The position numbers and the translations under genes were made by a program. DNA of 64,000 nucleotides from Tubulanus polymorphus. Lineage: Eukaryota; Animalia; Nemertea. The notes beneath the pieces are model-generated. The model ran no database searches. It saw only the letters and a program-made list of their open reading frames with translations, and was not told where the DNA came from. The stretch lies in the NCBI RefSeq assembly GCF_964204645.1, contig NC_134027.1:24204560-24268559 (forward strand), in the 5' to 3' direction. This document shows positions 37,201-48,186 of this stretch, in pieces (position 1 is the stretch's first letter; each line of letters starts with the position of its first letter).

Positions 37201-38254
37201 AGTGAAAAATTGTTGATTGTCTGAAGCCACAGAGACCATAGAGCAGGGGTCTGAATATGTTTAGAATTTCCGCCATCCTAACAAAGCCACTGATGAATAT
37301 ATTTGTGATCAGTGATTTATTTGTATTTTAAGGCGCAGCTGTGCAGCAAGTCGCCGAAATGGGAACGAACGCGGCGCCATGGTCGGCGGACGAACAGAAA
37401 CTGCTCGAGCAGGCGTTGAAATCGTTTCCGGCGTCGACGCCCGAACGGTGGGAACGAATCGCCGAATCCGTTCGCACCCGCAGTAAGAAGGATTGCATGA
37501 AGCGATACAAGGTTCGTTACGAAAATGAGAGAACGGGAAATTTCGAATCTACCGGTCGGCCACTTTACTGGGAGTCGGGGAATAGTGGGGCGATTTTCTT
37601 AAAAAGCTTAAAATAGAAAGCTAGGTAAATTTGTTGACAAAGTTAGATCACGTGTGAACTGTTTCCGTTTATGTTTGACGTATTTTGACTGCGTTAATGG
37701 ATTGTCTTCTTAGCAGTTACAATCAGGGAAACCACCTTACGTGTCAGGGAAAAAGCGAATCAAAGTAATAATGCTGCAAAGCAGCGATAACGGGTTTTCT
37801 GCCTAGCAGCATCCTTCACATGCAAACAATAGAGAATTACGGTGTCTTCCCATTTTACCCCTTCCCAATTTGCCATTTTCCCATTTCGCCCCTTCCAATT
37901 TTTTTCGCCCTGCCAATTTTTTTATTGGTTCCTTTCCCACCCGGGCCCTTGCTGTGTTTTTGATGGATATTTACATCAGCTACACAACTTATGTAGTAAG
38001 GCGCAGTCACAATTAGCACATTCATGATACATTTAACGTAGCTTCTTTGAAAATGTACACAAATTTTGACTGATCAGCTACAGCTACATCAACATTTTAT
38101 GTCATCCGGAAAAGTGGCCACCCTGAAGAACGGCTTGTTTCGAAGTTTGAGTGATTATGAGTTGTTTCTTTCGTTTCAGGAATTGGTCGAAATGATTCGC
38201 GCCAAGAAAGCGGCGGCGCAGGCAGCCGCGAAAATTAAACCGTCTGCGAGTTGA
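28211..38254 (+). CDS. DNAJC2: DnaJ homolog subfamily C member 2 (MPP11/ZRF1/zuotin-related): J domain, zuotin region and two SANT/Myb domains; 17 exons
   Basis: Exons 28211-28256, 28983-29170, 30247-30322, 31030-31128, 31240-31384, 31849-31929, 32050-32115, 32559-32650, 33174-33295, 33495-33563, 34165-34334, 35455-35524, 35928-36109, 36225-36319, 36605-36718, 37333-37511, 38180-38254; all GT-AG and phase-consistent. Motifs: [86 protein letters not shown]...[25 protein letters not shown] near 38485. Confidence 0.97.
28473..28910. mobile_element. Foldback MITE in DNAJC2 intron 1
   Basis: ggtcctccttat..taccgagataacgtaatttaccgagatcaaccgag versus ctcggttgatgtcggtaaattatgtcatctcggtaataaggatgaccc; arms extend about 180 bp. 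Confidence 0.75.
29251..29619. mobile_element. PIF/Harbinger-type MITE (369 bp)
   Basis: taa|AGCCTAGCGCACATCGAC...GTCGATGTGCGCTAGGCT|taa: perfect 18-bp TIR and TAA TSD. Confidence 0.9.
30350..30910. repeat. 39-bp minisatellite in DNAJC2 intron 3
   Basis: About 13 units of acacaactgtggaactggatccagagtcaaattaaaccc. Confidence 0.92.
32793..32932. mobile_element. Short MITE-like repeat; family members also at ~15000-15190 and ~20581-20680
   Basis: ggcccagttgcacagtcgtgacttaagtcc...ggtcttaagttgttagattggctatagaac shared; ends ggcccagttgcacagtc / gactatgcaaccagcc are inverted. Confidence 0.65.
34385..35180. repeat. 40-bp (2 x 20) minisatellite in DNAJC2 intron 11
   Basis: agaactgtgaatctgggttcagaactgtggtta(c/t)gggtcc, about 16 or more units. 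Confidence 0.93.
35570..35840. mobile_element. MITE in DNAJC2 intron 12
   Basis: TIR gaacctgatggcatcg...gccacg and cgtggc...cgatgccgtcaggttc. Confidence 0.6.
36770..37200. repeat. ~110-120-bp tandem repeat (about 4 units)
   Basis: gtgtggacgatcagtt...tctggtgtttgtagttca...ctgaacacatgtgaa repeated. Confidence 0.8.
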
Positions 38255-38549
38255 CCGCCGATCTCTGCTGCACCGTCGTCGTGAAGAAAAACTGTTAACG
38301 AACATTTGTGCTAAAAATAACGAAACGAACTGTCTTATACAAACAACATAGACAGGTGGGGATAGGGCAATGAGGGGTAGGGTGAGAGGGGTTATTGAAA
38401 ATGTCGGTTGTTAAAAGAGAAATTCGTTTTCATTTATCGTCACCTGAAAACATTAATCATTTCATGTGATATTCATTCATTGATAATAAACGCAACAGTT
38501 CTTTATATAAGTAACAATTTACAGTTCCGATTTCATTGTATAGAATAGA

Positions 38550-39100
38550 AGATGAACAGGGGTGTCCCGGGTTCGAACCTGGTGTGTCGGATTCTGATTC
38601 CTGATGCTGAGACGAACAGGGGTGTCCCGGGTTCGAACCTGGTGTGTCGGATTCTGATTCCTGATGCTGAGACGAACAGGGGTGTCCCGGGTTCGAACCC
38701 AGTCTGTTGGATACTGATTCCTGATGCTGAAAAGAGGACGAACAGGGGTGTCCCGGGTTCGAACCCGGTCTGTTGCATACTGATTCCTGATGCTGAAAAG
38801 AGGATGAACAGGGGTGTCCCGGGTTCGAACCCGGTCTGTTGCATACTGATTCCTGATGCTAAATAGATGACGAACAGGGATATCCCAGGTTCGAACCCGG
38901 TCTGTTAGATTATGATTCGTGATGCTGAAAAGAGGATTAACGGGGGTGTCCCAGGTTATAACCCGGTCTGTTGGATACAGATTCCTGATGCTGAATAGAG
39001 GACGAACGGGGGTGTCCCAGGTTCGAACCTTATCTGTTGATACTGATACTGATTCTGAGTTTTCCTGATGCTGAATAGAGGTTGAACAGTAGGATTCGAA
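38550..39100. repeat. 60/66-bp minisatellite with a GGTTCGAACC core (copy at 44965-45330)
   Basis: gaacaggggtgtcccgggttcgaacc...ctgattcctgatgctga units. Confidence 0.9.
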
Positions 39101-40633
39101 TCGGATCTAATGCCGAATGAGGTATAGTGGTACAAATACTGATTCCGAGTCGTCCGGTATAGAGATGAACGACGTGGACGCGTGTGTTTCTGTTAAGATA
39201 TATCTACGACTGCAATATAAACAAAATCCTCAAATATCTATCTATCTTCAATGTAAAGTTCTAAATCGCATCTCAAACAATGAAATCGTAGCAGTAGCTT
39301 AACAACACAAAATTGCCATTTTAGGCGCCTTCCTAAAAGTGCCGTCGGTGGCCTACGTAGCGTTTTGAAACTGCAACTCTGTCTGATTGTGTTGCAGCTG
39401 AGGAAAAAGAAAACACCATCTGAAAATAGAAATCGTCACATTTTGAGCGATATGTAACTCTATTGTTTGTATCAAAAGGGAGAGAGGCGACAATAAATTG
39501 CACTAAATGTTCTAGTGTAAAGATTTTAGGACCAGTCCAACAATGCGGGACCTGTGGGACCGCCTCAAAATGGCGCCTGGTTACTGGAAACTTGACAAAC
39601 AGTAGTTTAGCTTCCGGAAAGTGAATCATAAGCAGCCCTCAAAATTGAATATTTATAAAATGACTCAATTGAAATATTCATATTTCAGCAGTTTGGAACA
39701 TACATAAATTTACAATATCATATTCAACCTGCTGCATATTGATCGAAATATCCCGAAATCTTAACTCATGGGTCAGATGGATTCAACTGATGACAAATAT
39801 CCTGAATAGAGTAATCTTAACTCAGTAACTGAAAATCGCAAAGGTGCCTTCTAAGTAGAATTCAATTTGCCTAGAATAGCTGAGAAGGTTATTCTGCAGC
39901 AGTCAAGGAGAATCTTAGCGATAATAAGACGAGATTTATATTTAACCGTATCTTTTGAATTTCAATTAATAACCTTACTGGATCGACACACATATCAACA
40001 TCACAGCATATCACCACCAAAAGCACGGGTAGGAGATCCTAATTCTCACCAATTGCGTATAACTTTAGTGGCTGATTCAGGCAAACGCGAGCATTTTCGG
40101 GACGCAAATTAAAGGTGACAGAATTCAAAAAACGCCAAAATGGAAAACAACGTACGCGTTGCAAAATACTTGCCGAAATTGACCAAAAATCCATTTTGAA
40201 TTTGATGCAAAAACGGCCCTTTTCGCGTTTTGGCGTGGTATACTTCATTCAAACCGAATTTGATTTTGGCGCCTACACCAAAACAAGCACACGTATATCC
40301 CGTATCAAGGATGACAACAAAAAATCCATGGGTACAGCAATACATTGTGATCAGTTTCAGAACAACTATCTACCCCTAGAACTATGCATGCGACGACTAG
40401 GGGATCGACCAACAGATACACGTTCATTGTTGAGAAAATGAGATGTTATTTGTGAATATTCAATTCAGTGGAGCCGGTAAATACGTGATCGTCAATTCAG
40501 TCCTTTCACGATTTTGTTAAACGTTTTAAATCTCATTGTAGACCCAGGTTCATTTAGTACCTCCGTTTTATTTAAAGTCAGAGACTGGCACTATTTTTCT
40601 ATAGCCCTTACTTTGTTTGTCATGTCTAAATCG

Positions 40634-40669
40634 TATAAATACTGAGCCACATAGAATGTCGAATCAGTT
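40634..40669 (+). promoter_or_regulatory. TATA box and TCAGTT initiator of WSC gene 1 (same arrangement at 45919-45954 for gene 3)
   Basis: TATAAAT at 40634 and TCAGTT at 40664 (canonical ~30-nt spacing), followed by a non-coding exon with donors at ~40732/40760. Confidence 0.65.
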
Positions 40670-40861
40670 GCGAAAATATAAATCTTCTAGTTAAAGACAG
40701 TCTTGTCATCTACCACTCCTTCTGTCGACCAGGTATTTCTCTTTACACTCGCGCATCTAGGTAAGGTCAGTTCCTGTCCACCATTCTACCAGGAATTTCT
40801 TTGCATTCGTTTTCGACTCGATTTAACTCTTATTTATGAACATTTTTAATTCGCTTTCAGG

Positions 40862-41438
40862 ATGTTTACAAAAACTCTGTTAATCGCGTTGGCGTTCATT
40901 ATGGTCGTTGGTGGTATGTAACATTAAGTATTTGTGAAAAAGTCTAATCGGCCTCCTTTCGAAATTTCTTTCTCTTGAGTCTTATCAGCCCCCTTTTCTC
41001 TTTTCTGATAGCTGATAGTTCGGCAGAATTTCGGAAGTATGTCGGATGTTATAAGGACAGCCACAAGAGAGATATGATAGCGAGTGGGGCACGTGATAGG
41101 AAAGGCATGACTGTCGGCAAATGCATAACTATTTGTAAGGGCAAAGGTAGACTATTCGATATTTTGAAATACTTTTGACATCAATTTACCGTCTTCATGG
41201 GTTTTCTAGTATAACCACGGGTTTTGAGCTAATTACTACGTACATTTTTTTTTCAGGATATAGATTTGCCGGTCTTCAGTTTAGTTGGCAATGTTTCTGT
41301 AGTAATCGCGTCGGTTATAATGGCCCGGCAGAAGAATCTGAATGCAATAAGCGTTGCACAGGAAACAGGCGAGAAATATGTGGAGGCAGTTGGAGAAACT
41401 CGGTATACTCCACTATGCGCTCATCTAAACACTTGTAA
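40862..41438 (+). CDS. Secreted single-WSC-domain protein, copy 1 (type A, 122 aa)
   Basis: Exons 40862-40913, 41012-41146 and 41257-41438. MFTKTLLIALAFIMVVGA signal peptide; YVGCYKD...MTVGKCITICKGKGYRFAGLQFSWQCFCSN...ECNKRCTGNRREICGGSWRNSVY is a canonical 8-Cys WSC domain. Confidence 0.9.
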
Positions 41439-41884
41439 AGGGTGTAAATTTGATGTTCATCGATTGAGGACCTCAATAAAGATCGATATTGCATTTCATT
41501 CACCGTTTTACTTATATTTCAAATGACGTCGGGTGACACGAGCTGCGCCCTAATGTGGCTTATTTTTATTGTCTCTAGTTCAAAGTGGTACGAATTGAGG
41601 AATTAACACGGATGCCCTGGGTTCGAAACTGGTTTAAGTCTCTAGTTCAATGCGGAATGAATTTAGGATTAACAGGGATGTCCTGGGTCTGAACCTTGTT
41701 TAGTGTATCTTGATTTCAAGAAGTGTGGATTAATATATATTTCCATTATAACAATCACACGTACATCCAATCAAAAATGAATAAACCAAAATCGTGGTCA
41801 TTCTGTTACCCAATATATACAGAATTTAAAAGATCTTAAAATCACATTTTTGTTTTTCAAGAATCATAAGCATGGTCTGTAGGG

Positions 41885-41988
41885 TATGGTGGCTGATTCG
41901 GGTCATACTGTTGTCATATAGTTTAGAATTCTCGCGCGAGAAAACCAATGTGAAATTTTTTTCAGTATGGCCCGAATCAGCCACCATA
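41885..41988. mobile_element. Short TATGG-terminated TIR element; longer version at 48275-48630
   Basis: TATGGTGGCTGATTCGGG(T/C)CATAC...GTATGGCCCGAATCAGCCACCATA. Confidence 0.75.
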
Positions 41989-42570
41989 GATTCTAATATC
42001 CTGATGCTGCTGAATCGATGATAACAGGTTTCCTAGGTTCGAACCCGATCCAGAACGGATTCCTCACTGAAAGGGAATCATATCAAGCGGTCCTTAAAAT
42101 GGCAATTGACTCTGGAACAATGGTCAATTGAAATATTCATATTTCAACACTTCACAATAAGTTTATAATCCTGCAGCATATTGGTCTTAATATCCTGAAT
42201 AAATTAATCTTAACTCGTGGATCGGATGGGTTCAACTTATGATACAATATCCTGAATAGATTAATTTTAACTCTTAACGCATGGACCATATGGGCCCGAC
42301 AGCAAGAATCGGCATAAAGTTTTGACCACGTGTTCAATTCCAAGTTTTCGGAATCTTTCTTGAGGGAAGTAGAATGCCAAACTGGAATGACCAAGGTTCT
42401 AACTCTTCTCTATACGATTACTGAGTATATCATTAAGTTAGATTATATGTAATTAATTACCTTTTAATCTTATTCTAATTATCGATCACTAGTAATTTGA
42501 TGTTGTTTGTAATTAGCTTCGTTTTATTTCATATAAGTACCAGTATGATATGAAAATTTAATCACTTGCG

Positions 42571-42616
42571 ATATGCCTGAAGAGGGGATAATGTAACTCC
42601 CGAAAACGTTTGCTAT
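42571..42616 (+). ncRNA. Minimal hammerhead ribozyme motif in a Penelope-like terminal remnant (duplicate at 49208-49253)
   Basis: atgc-CTGAAGA-g-GGGA-taatgtaac-TCCC-GAA-AACGTT-T-gc: conserved core, 4-bp stem II and palindromic stem III. Confidence 0.55.
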
Positions 42617-43282
42617 GATAAATATATAACCTCATGAGATTTGGATTGTGAATTTTGGTGTTCATTTCTTAATCAAATATATTTCATAACTCCTATTTTC
42701 CGTATATTTTATGAATTCTCTTGTTTTTCATGATGAATTCGAGTGGATGTGCCCTACGTCACTGAATGCTGTGGTCTGGCGGAATCGTTTAGCTGATTTG
42801 GGCAATAACGTAGAGGGACGCGTCGGAACAAAATTTAACTGCCGAACTTCCTTAAAAAGATCGATTTTGACGCGTACGTTAAAGAAGAGACGTCACGTCA
42901 AAAAATGAGAAACCACACATTCTTACGAATCTAGAACAATAACTGAATGTTTAAAGCAGAAAACCGAATTATTGTTCTCGATGAACTTTACATCAACAGT
43001 GTTTCATCGTGTAACCATGTAGAATTTGAATAAATATGTGAATCGGGGATTTAAACATACTTGATACATATTCAATTTTAAAAAGCCGCTTACGATATAC
43101 TGACCAACAGACTGTATATAACTGATAGATTTCTAGGGGTAGATCATTGTTCCGAAGCTGATAACAAACTCATCAGGTAAGTGCGTAAACTACGGGTAAC
43201 ACGGGTAGGAAAAACTCATCGTCGATCAAAATAGAAACACGCTCGTTTTCAACTCGATTTAACTCATTTCTGAAATTTCAGA

Positions 43283-44230
43283 ATGTTTACGAAAATTCTG
43301 TTCATCGTGTTGGTGTTGTCTATGGTGGTTGAAGGTATGAAAATGTCATCAAGTATTTTTGAAAAACAGCCAAAATCTAATCTAGCCCCCCCTGTCGAAA
43401 TTTCTTTCTCTTTTATGATACGTAGCGCGTCGTTTCGTAAGATATCGGAAGTATGTCGGATGTTTTAAAGACAGCCGCCATAGAGATATGAGACTGATTA
43501 GGACACAGGGACGCATGACTGTCGGGAGATGCATAGGTATTTGTGGGCGCAAAGGTGAGTACAATTCGATTTTTCGAAACATTTTTGACATCAATTTACC
43601 TTCTTCACGGGTTTCCTAGTATCACAGCCTTCTTCCAGGCGATGCAGCTGCAGCGGTTCGAATTCGTTTGTAGTTTGTTCTCGGGAAGGGGCTTCGATTA
43701 ATTTCTGACCTCAGATTCCCGAGAAGGAACTAAATTTTGAATATGTTGCATACGAAAATCGTGGTCATTCTGTTAAATAGCACCGTACATTCTGATGTGG
43801 TGAAAATTTAGAAAGTTTCCAATATAAACAGAATATAAAAGATTAAGATCGCATCTTAATTTTTCAAGAATCAATAGAAAAATAAACGACGTACAACACA
43901 CCTGACGATGGTCTCAGGGGATTCCGAAGCGTCGTGCATTTTACATTTACTTCTTGAAAAATAAACATTCTTTTTCTATCTTCTAAATTCTATATATATA
44001 TGGTGGGTTTTAAACTAATTACAACGTACATTTTTTCAGGATATAGATTTGCCGGTCTTCAGAATGGTAAGAAATGTTTCTGTGGTAATCATGTCGGTAT
44101 GCATGGCCCAGCACATGAATCTCGATGCAATAAGCGTTGCACAGGAAACAGGCGAGAAGTATGTGGAGGCAGTTGGAGAAACTCGGTATACTCCACTATA
44201 CACTCACGTAAAGACCTCAAATTGATGTAA
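43283..44230 (+). CDS. Secreted single-WSC-domain protein, copy 2 (type B, 123 aa, very basic)
   Basis: Exons 43283-43334, 43426-43554 and 44040-44230: MFTKILFIVLVLSMVVEA-RRFVRYRKYVGCFKDSRHRDMRL...CIGICGRKGYRFAGLQNGKKCFCGN...CGGSWRNSVY. Confidence 0.9.
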
Positions 44231-44329
44231 ATCGATTGAGAACCTCAATAAAGATCGATATAACATTTCTCTCGCCGATTTACTTATATTTCAAATAACA
44301 TCGGGTGACACAAATAGAGCTGAGCCCTA

Positions 44330-44860
44330 GCCTGGTTTATTGTCTAGTTCAAAGCGGAATGAATTGTCGGGTTAACAGAGATGTCCTGGGTTCGAACCTG
44401 GTTTATAGTCTCTAGTTCAAAGCAGAATGAATCGAGTATAAACAGGGCTGTCCTGGGTTCGAACCTGGTTTATTGTCTCTGGTTCAAAGCGGAATGAATT
44501 GAGTATAAACGGGATGTCCTGGGTTCGAACCTGGTTTATTGTCTCTAGTTCAAAGCGGAATGAATTGAGTATAAACAGGGCTGTCCTGGGTTCGAACCTG
44601 GTTTATAGTCTCTAGTTCAAAGCGAAATGAATTGAGTATAAACAGAGATGTCCTGGGTTCGAACCTGGTTTATTGTCCCTAGTTCAAAGCGGAATGAATT
44701 GAGTATAAACAGAGATGTCCTGGGTTCGAACCTGGTTTATTGTCTCTAGTTCAAAGCGAAATGAATTGAGTATAAACAGGGATGTCCTGGGTTCGAACCT
44801 GGTTTATTGTCCCTAGTTCAAAGCGGAATGAATAGAGGATAAACCGTGATGTACTGGGTG
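44330..44860. repeat. 60-bp minisatellite with a GGTTCGAACC core (copies at 50990-51385; degenerate at 41570-41700 and 47410-47540)
   Basis: tctagttcaaagcggaatgaattgagtataaacagggatgtcctgggttcgaacctggtttattg units immediately downstream of WSC genes. Confidence 0.9.
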
Positions 44861-46148
44861 ACACAACACATATGCTGATACAACGCGATTGTTCATACTG
44901 ATTCTAGTAACAGTTCTTTATATAAGTAACAATTTACAGTTCCGATTTCATGGTTTAGAATAGAAGATGAACAGGGGTGTCCCGGGTTCGAACCTGGTGT
45001 GTCGGATACTGATTCCTGATGCTGAGACGAACAGGGGTGTCCCGGGTTCGAACCCGGTCTGTTGCATACTGATTCCTGATGCTAAATAGATGACGAACAT
45101 GGGTATCCCAGGTTCGTACCCGGTCTGTTAGATTATGATTCCTGATGCTGAAAAGAGGATTAACGGGGGTGTCCCAGGTTATAACCCGGTCTGTTGGATA
45201 CAGATTCCTGATGCTGAATAGAGGACGAACGGGGGTGTCCCAGGTTCGAACCTGATCTGTTGATACTGATACTGATTCTGAGTTTTCCTGATGCTGAATA
45301 GAGGTTAAACAGTAGGATTCGAATCGGATCTAATGCCGAATGAGGTATAGTGGTACAAATACTGATTCCGGCGGGTTGTCCGGAATAGAGATGAACGACG
45401 TGGACGCGTGTGTTTCTGTTAAGATATATTTACGACAAAATCCTCAAATATCTATCTTCAATGTAAAGTTCTAAATCGCATCTCAAACTATGAAATCGTA
45501 ACAGTAGCTTAACAACACAAAATTGGCGACAATAAATTGCACTAAGAAGGTTTTAGTGTAAAAATGTTAGGATCTATGTCCAACAATGCGGGACCTGTGG
45601 GACCGCCTCAACAACTAGGGGATCGACCAACAGATACTCGTTCATTGTTGAGAAAATGAGATGTTATTTGTGAATATTCCGTGCTATCGATCATGTAAAT
45701 ATCTCTTTAATTCCTAATTTCAATTCAGTGGAACCGGTAAATACGTGATCGTCAATTCAGTCCTTTCACAAATGCAGTCGATTTTTTCAAACGTATTAAA
45801 TTTCAAATCTTAAATCTCATTGTAGACACTGGTTAATTTAGTGCCTCCGTTTCAGTTAAAGTCAGAGACCGGCACTATTTTTTCTATAGCATTAACTTTG
45901 TTTGTCATGTCTAAATCGTATAAATACTGAGCCACATAGAGTGTAAAATCAGTTGCGAAAATATAAATCTTCTAGTTAAAGTCAGTGTTGTCATCTACCA
46001 CTCCTTCTGTCGACCAGGTATTTCTCTTTACACTCGCGCATCTAGGTAAGGTCAGTTCCTGTCCACCATTCTACCAGGAATTTCTCTTTGCATTCGTTTT
46101 CGACTCGATTTAACTCTCATTTATGAACATTTTTAATTCGCTTTCAGG

Positions 46149-47039
46149 ATGTTTACAAAAACTCTGTTCATCGCGTTGGCGTTCGTTATGGTCGTTGGTG
46201 GTATGTAAATATCATAAGTATTTGTAAAAGAGTCAAATCAGCCCCCTTTCGAAATTTCTTTTCCTTTTCTGATAGCTGATCGTTTGGTAGCATTTCGGAA
46301 GTATGTCGGATGTTATAAGGACAGCCACAAGAGAGATTTGATAGTGAGTGGGGCACGTGATAGGAAAGGCATGACTGTCGACAAATGCATAGCTATTTGT
46401 GGGCACAAACGTAAGTACAATTCGATTTTTTGAAACATTTTTGACATCAATTTACCTTCTTCATGGGTTTTCAACCACCGCAGCCTTCTTCCTGGCTTCG
46501 GATCCGTTTGTAGTTTGTTCTCGGGAAGGAGCTTAGATAAATTTCTGATCTCAGATTCCCGAGAAGGTACTAATGTTTGAAATGTTGCATACAAAAATCG
46601 TGGTCATTCTGTTAAATAGCACCGTACATTCTGATGTGGTGCAAATTTCAAACCCGATGTACACAGATTTAAATCGGCAACAATCAAAAGCAAAATACAC
46701 GGCGTATAGCTGACGATAGGGAGAGTCCGAAGTGTCTTGTATTTTACTTTTGATTCTTAAAAAAATAAAATTCAGATCAGATTTCTATCTTTTAAATCAT
46801 ATATTTCTATAGCGGGTTTTAAACTAATTACTTCGTACATTTTTTCAGGATATAGATTTGCCGGTCTTCAAAATAGTTGGCAATGTTTCTGTGGTAATCA
46901 TGTCGGTATGCATGGCCCAGCACATGAATCTGAATGCAATAAGCGTTGCACAGGAAACAGGCGAGAAATATGTGGAGGCAGTTGGAGAAACTCGGTATAC
47001 TCCACTATACGCTCACGTAAAGACTTCAGAAGGTTGTAA
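46149..47039 (+). CDS. Secreted single-WSC-domain protein, copy 3 (type A with a B-like exon 3)
   Basis: Exons 46149-46200, 46276-46410 and 46849-47039; intact frame and 8 Cys. Confidence 0.9.
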
Positions 47040-47736
47040 ATTCGATGTTCATCGATTGAGAACCTCAATAAAGATCGAAATGACATTTTTTCACCGTTTT
47101 AATTTTATTTCAAATGACGTCGGGTGAAATTGTGTAGAAAATCAGTTTCGTTGCACCTAAACGACCTTCAGCCTTTTCGCGCGGTATACCTCATTTAAAC
47201 AGAATATCATTTTGACACCCACAAGGGCCGATCCAGGTGCCTTAACATGTTTTTCTTTCATTTTATGAAATATGAAAGATAATTCCTCGGCGATAGCCAT
47301 CGAATAGTCAATCAAAATAGCCTCGGCCCCTGACAGCGTCAACATCTACCCGACTAGAAGCTGAAATAAACTTTCGCACTATTTTACACGTGGAAAACGA
47401 CCATTAAATTGTCTAGTGCAAAGTGGTACGAATTGAGGAACTAACACGGATGCCCTGGGTTCGAACCTGGTTTATAGTCTCTAGTTCAATGCGGAATGAA
47501 TTTAGGATTAACAGGGATGTCCTGGATCTGGACCTTGTTTAGTGTATCTTGATTTCAAGCAGTGTGGATTGATATATATTTCAATTATAATAATCACACG
47601 TACATCCAATCAAAAATGAATAAACCAAAACCGTGGTCATTCTGTTAAATTTAAGTTGTTTATTGGTAGAATAGCCCCGGACACTCTGATGTGTTATAAA
47701 TTTTATACCCAATACAAAATTTAATACAGAATTTAA

Positions 47737-48186
47737 CAGTTGGCGTCGTCACGCCTCACGTGACAGCTTAAACAAAGAGACTAGGTCGTGGTCACGCCTC
47801 AAGTGACGGTTCCTATTACCCCCGATAGATGGCAAACTAGTCGAGCCTGGCTGCTGACACTGAGTCAGCATGCTCTATAGAGAGCTCACAAGCGATTGTA
47901 TATACTCTACACACACAGGCAGTATGTACTGGTTGTCGGCGACTTTTTTGGTTGCGTGACCTCAACTTGACCTCAGGTTTTGGGGGTCCTACCTTGCACC
48001 CGTAGGTCCAAACTTTTTATAACTAACATTTTCTGGTAGAGATACCTATTAGCTTCATAACAGATATTGGTTTTAGGAGGGTCTCTACACTGGAAATGTA
48101 TCGACCTTTACATAGAAATCAGAAGACAAAATTAATTCCCCCAGATTGAATGGATAATGAAGAAATATATCCCCAGCGAAAGAGTT
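47737..48186. mobile_element. TTAA-flanked insertion (piggyBac-like fragment) present only in duplication unit 2
   Basis: Unit 1 reads cagaatTTAAaagatc (~41820); unit 2 reads cagaatTTAA[450 bp ending cagcgaaagagtt]TTAAaagatc. Confidence 0.7.

Noticed and set aside
38550-39100. tRNA genes suggested by GGTTCGAACC
   Set aside because: No A-box, acceptor stem or cloverleaf; the motif is embedded in 60-bp tandem units.
42152-42394. 80-aa ORF conserved at 48789-49031
   Set aside because: Conservation is explained by the recent segmental duplication; no ATG start in the sequence and no domain.
43150-43180. CTGATGA-containing motif (reverse complement; also at 54240) as a further hammerhead
   Set aside because: No proper stem II followed by GAAA could be formed.
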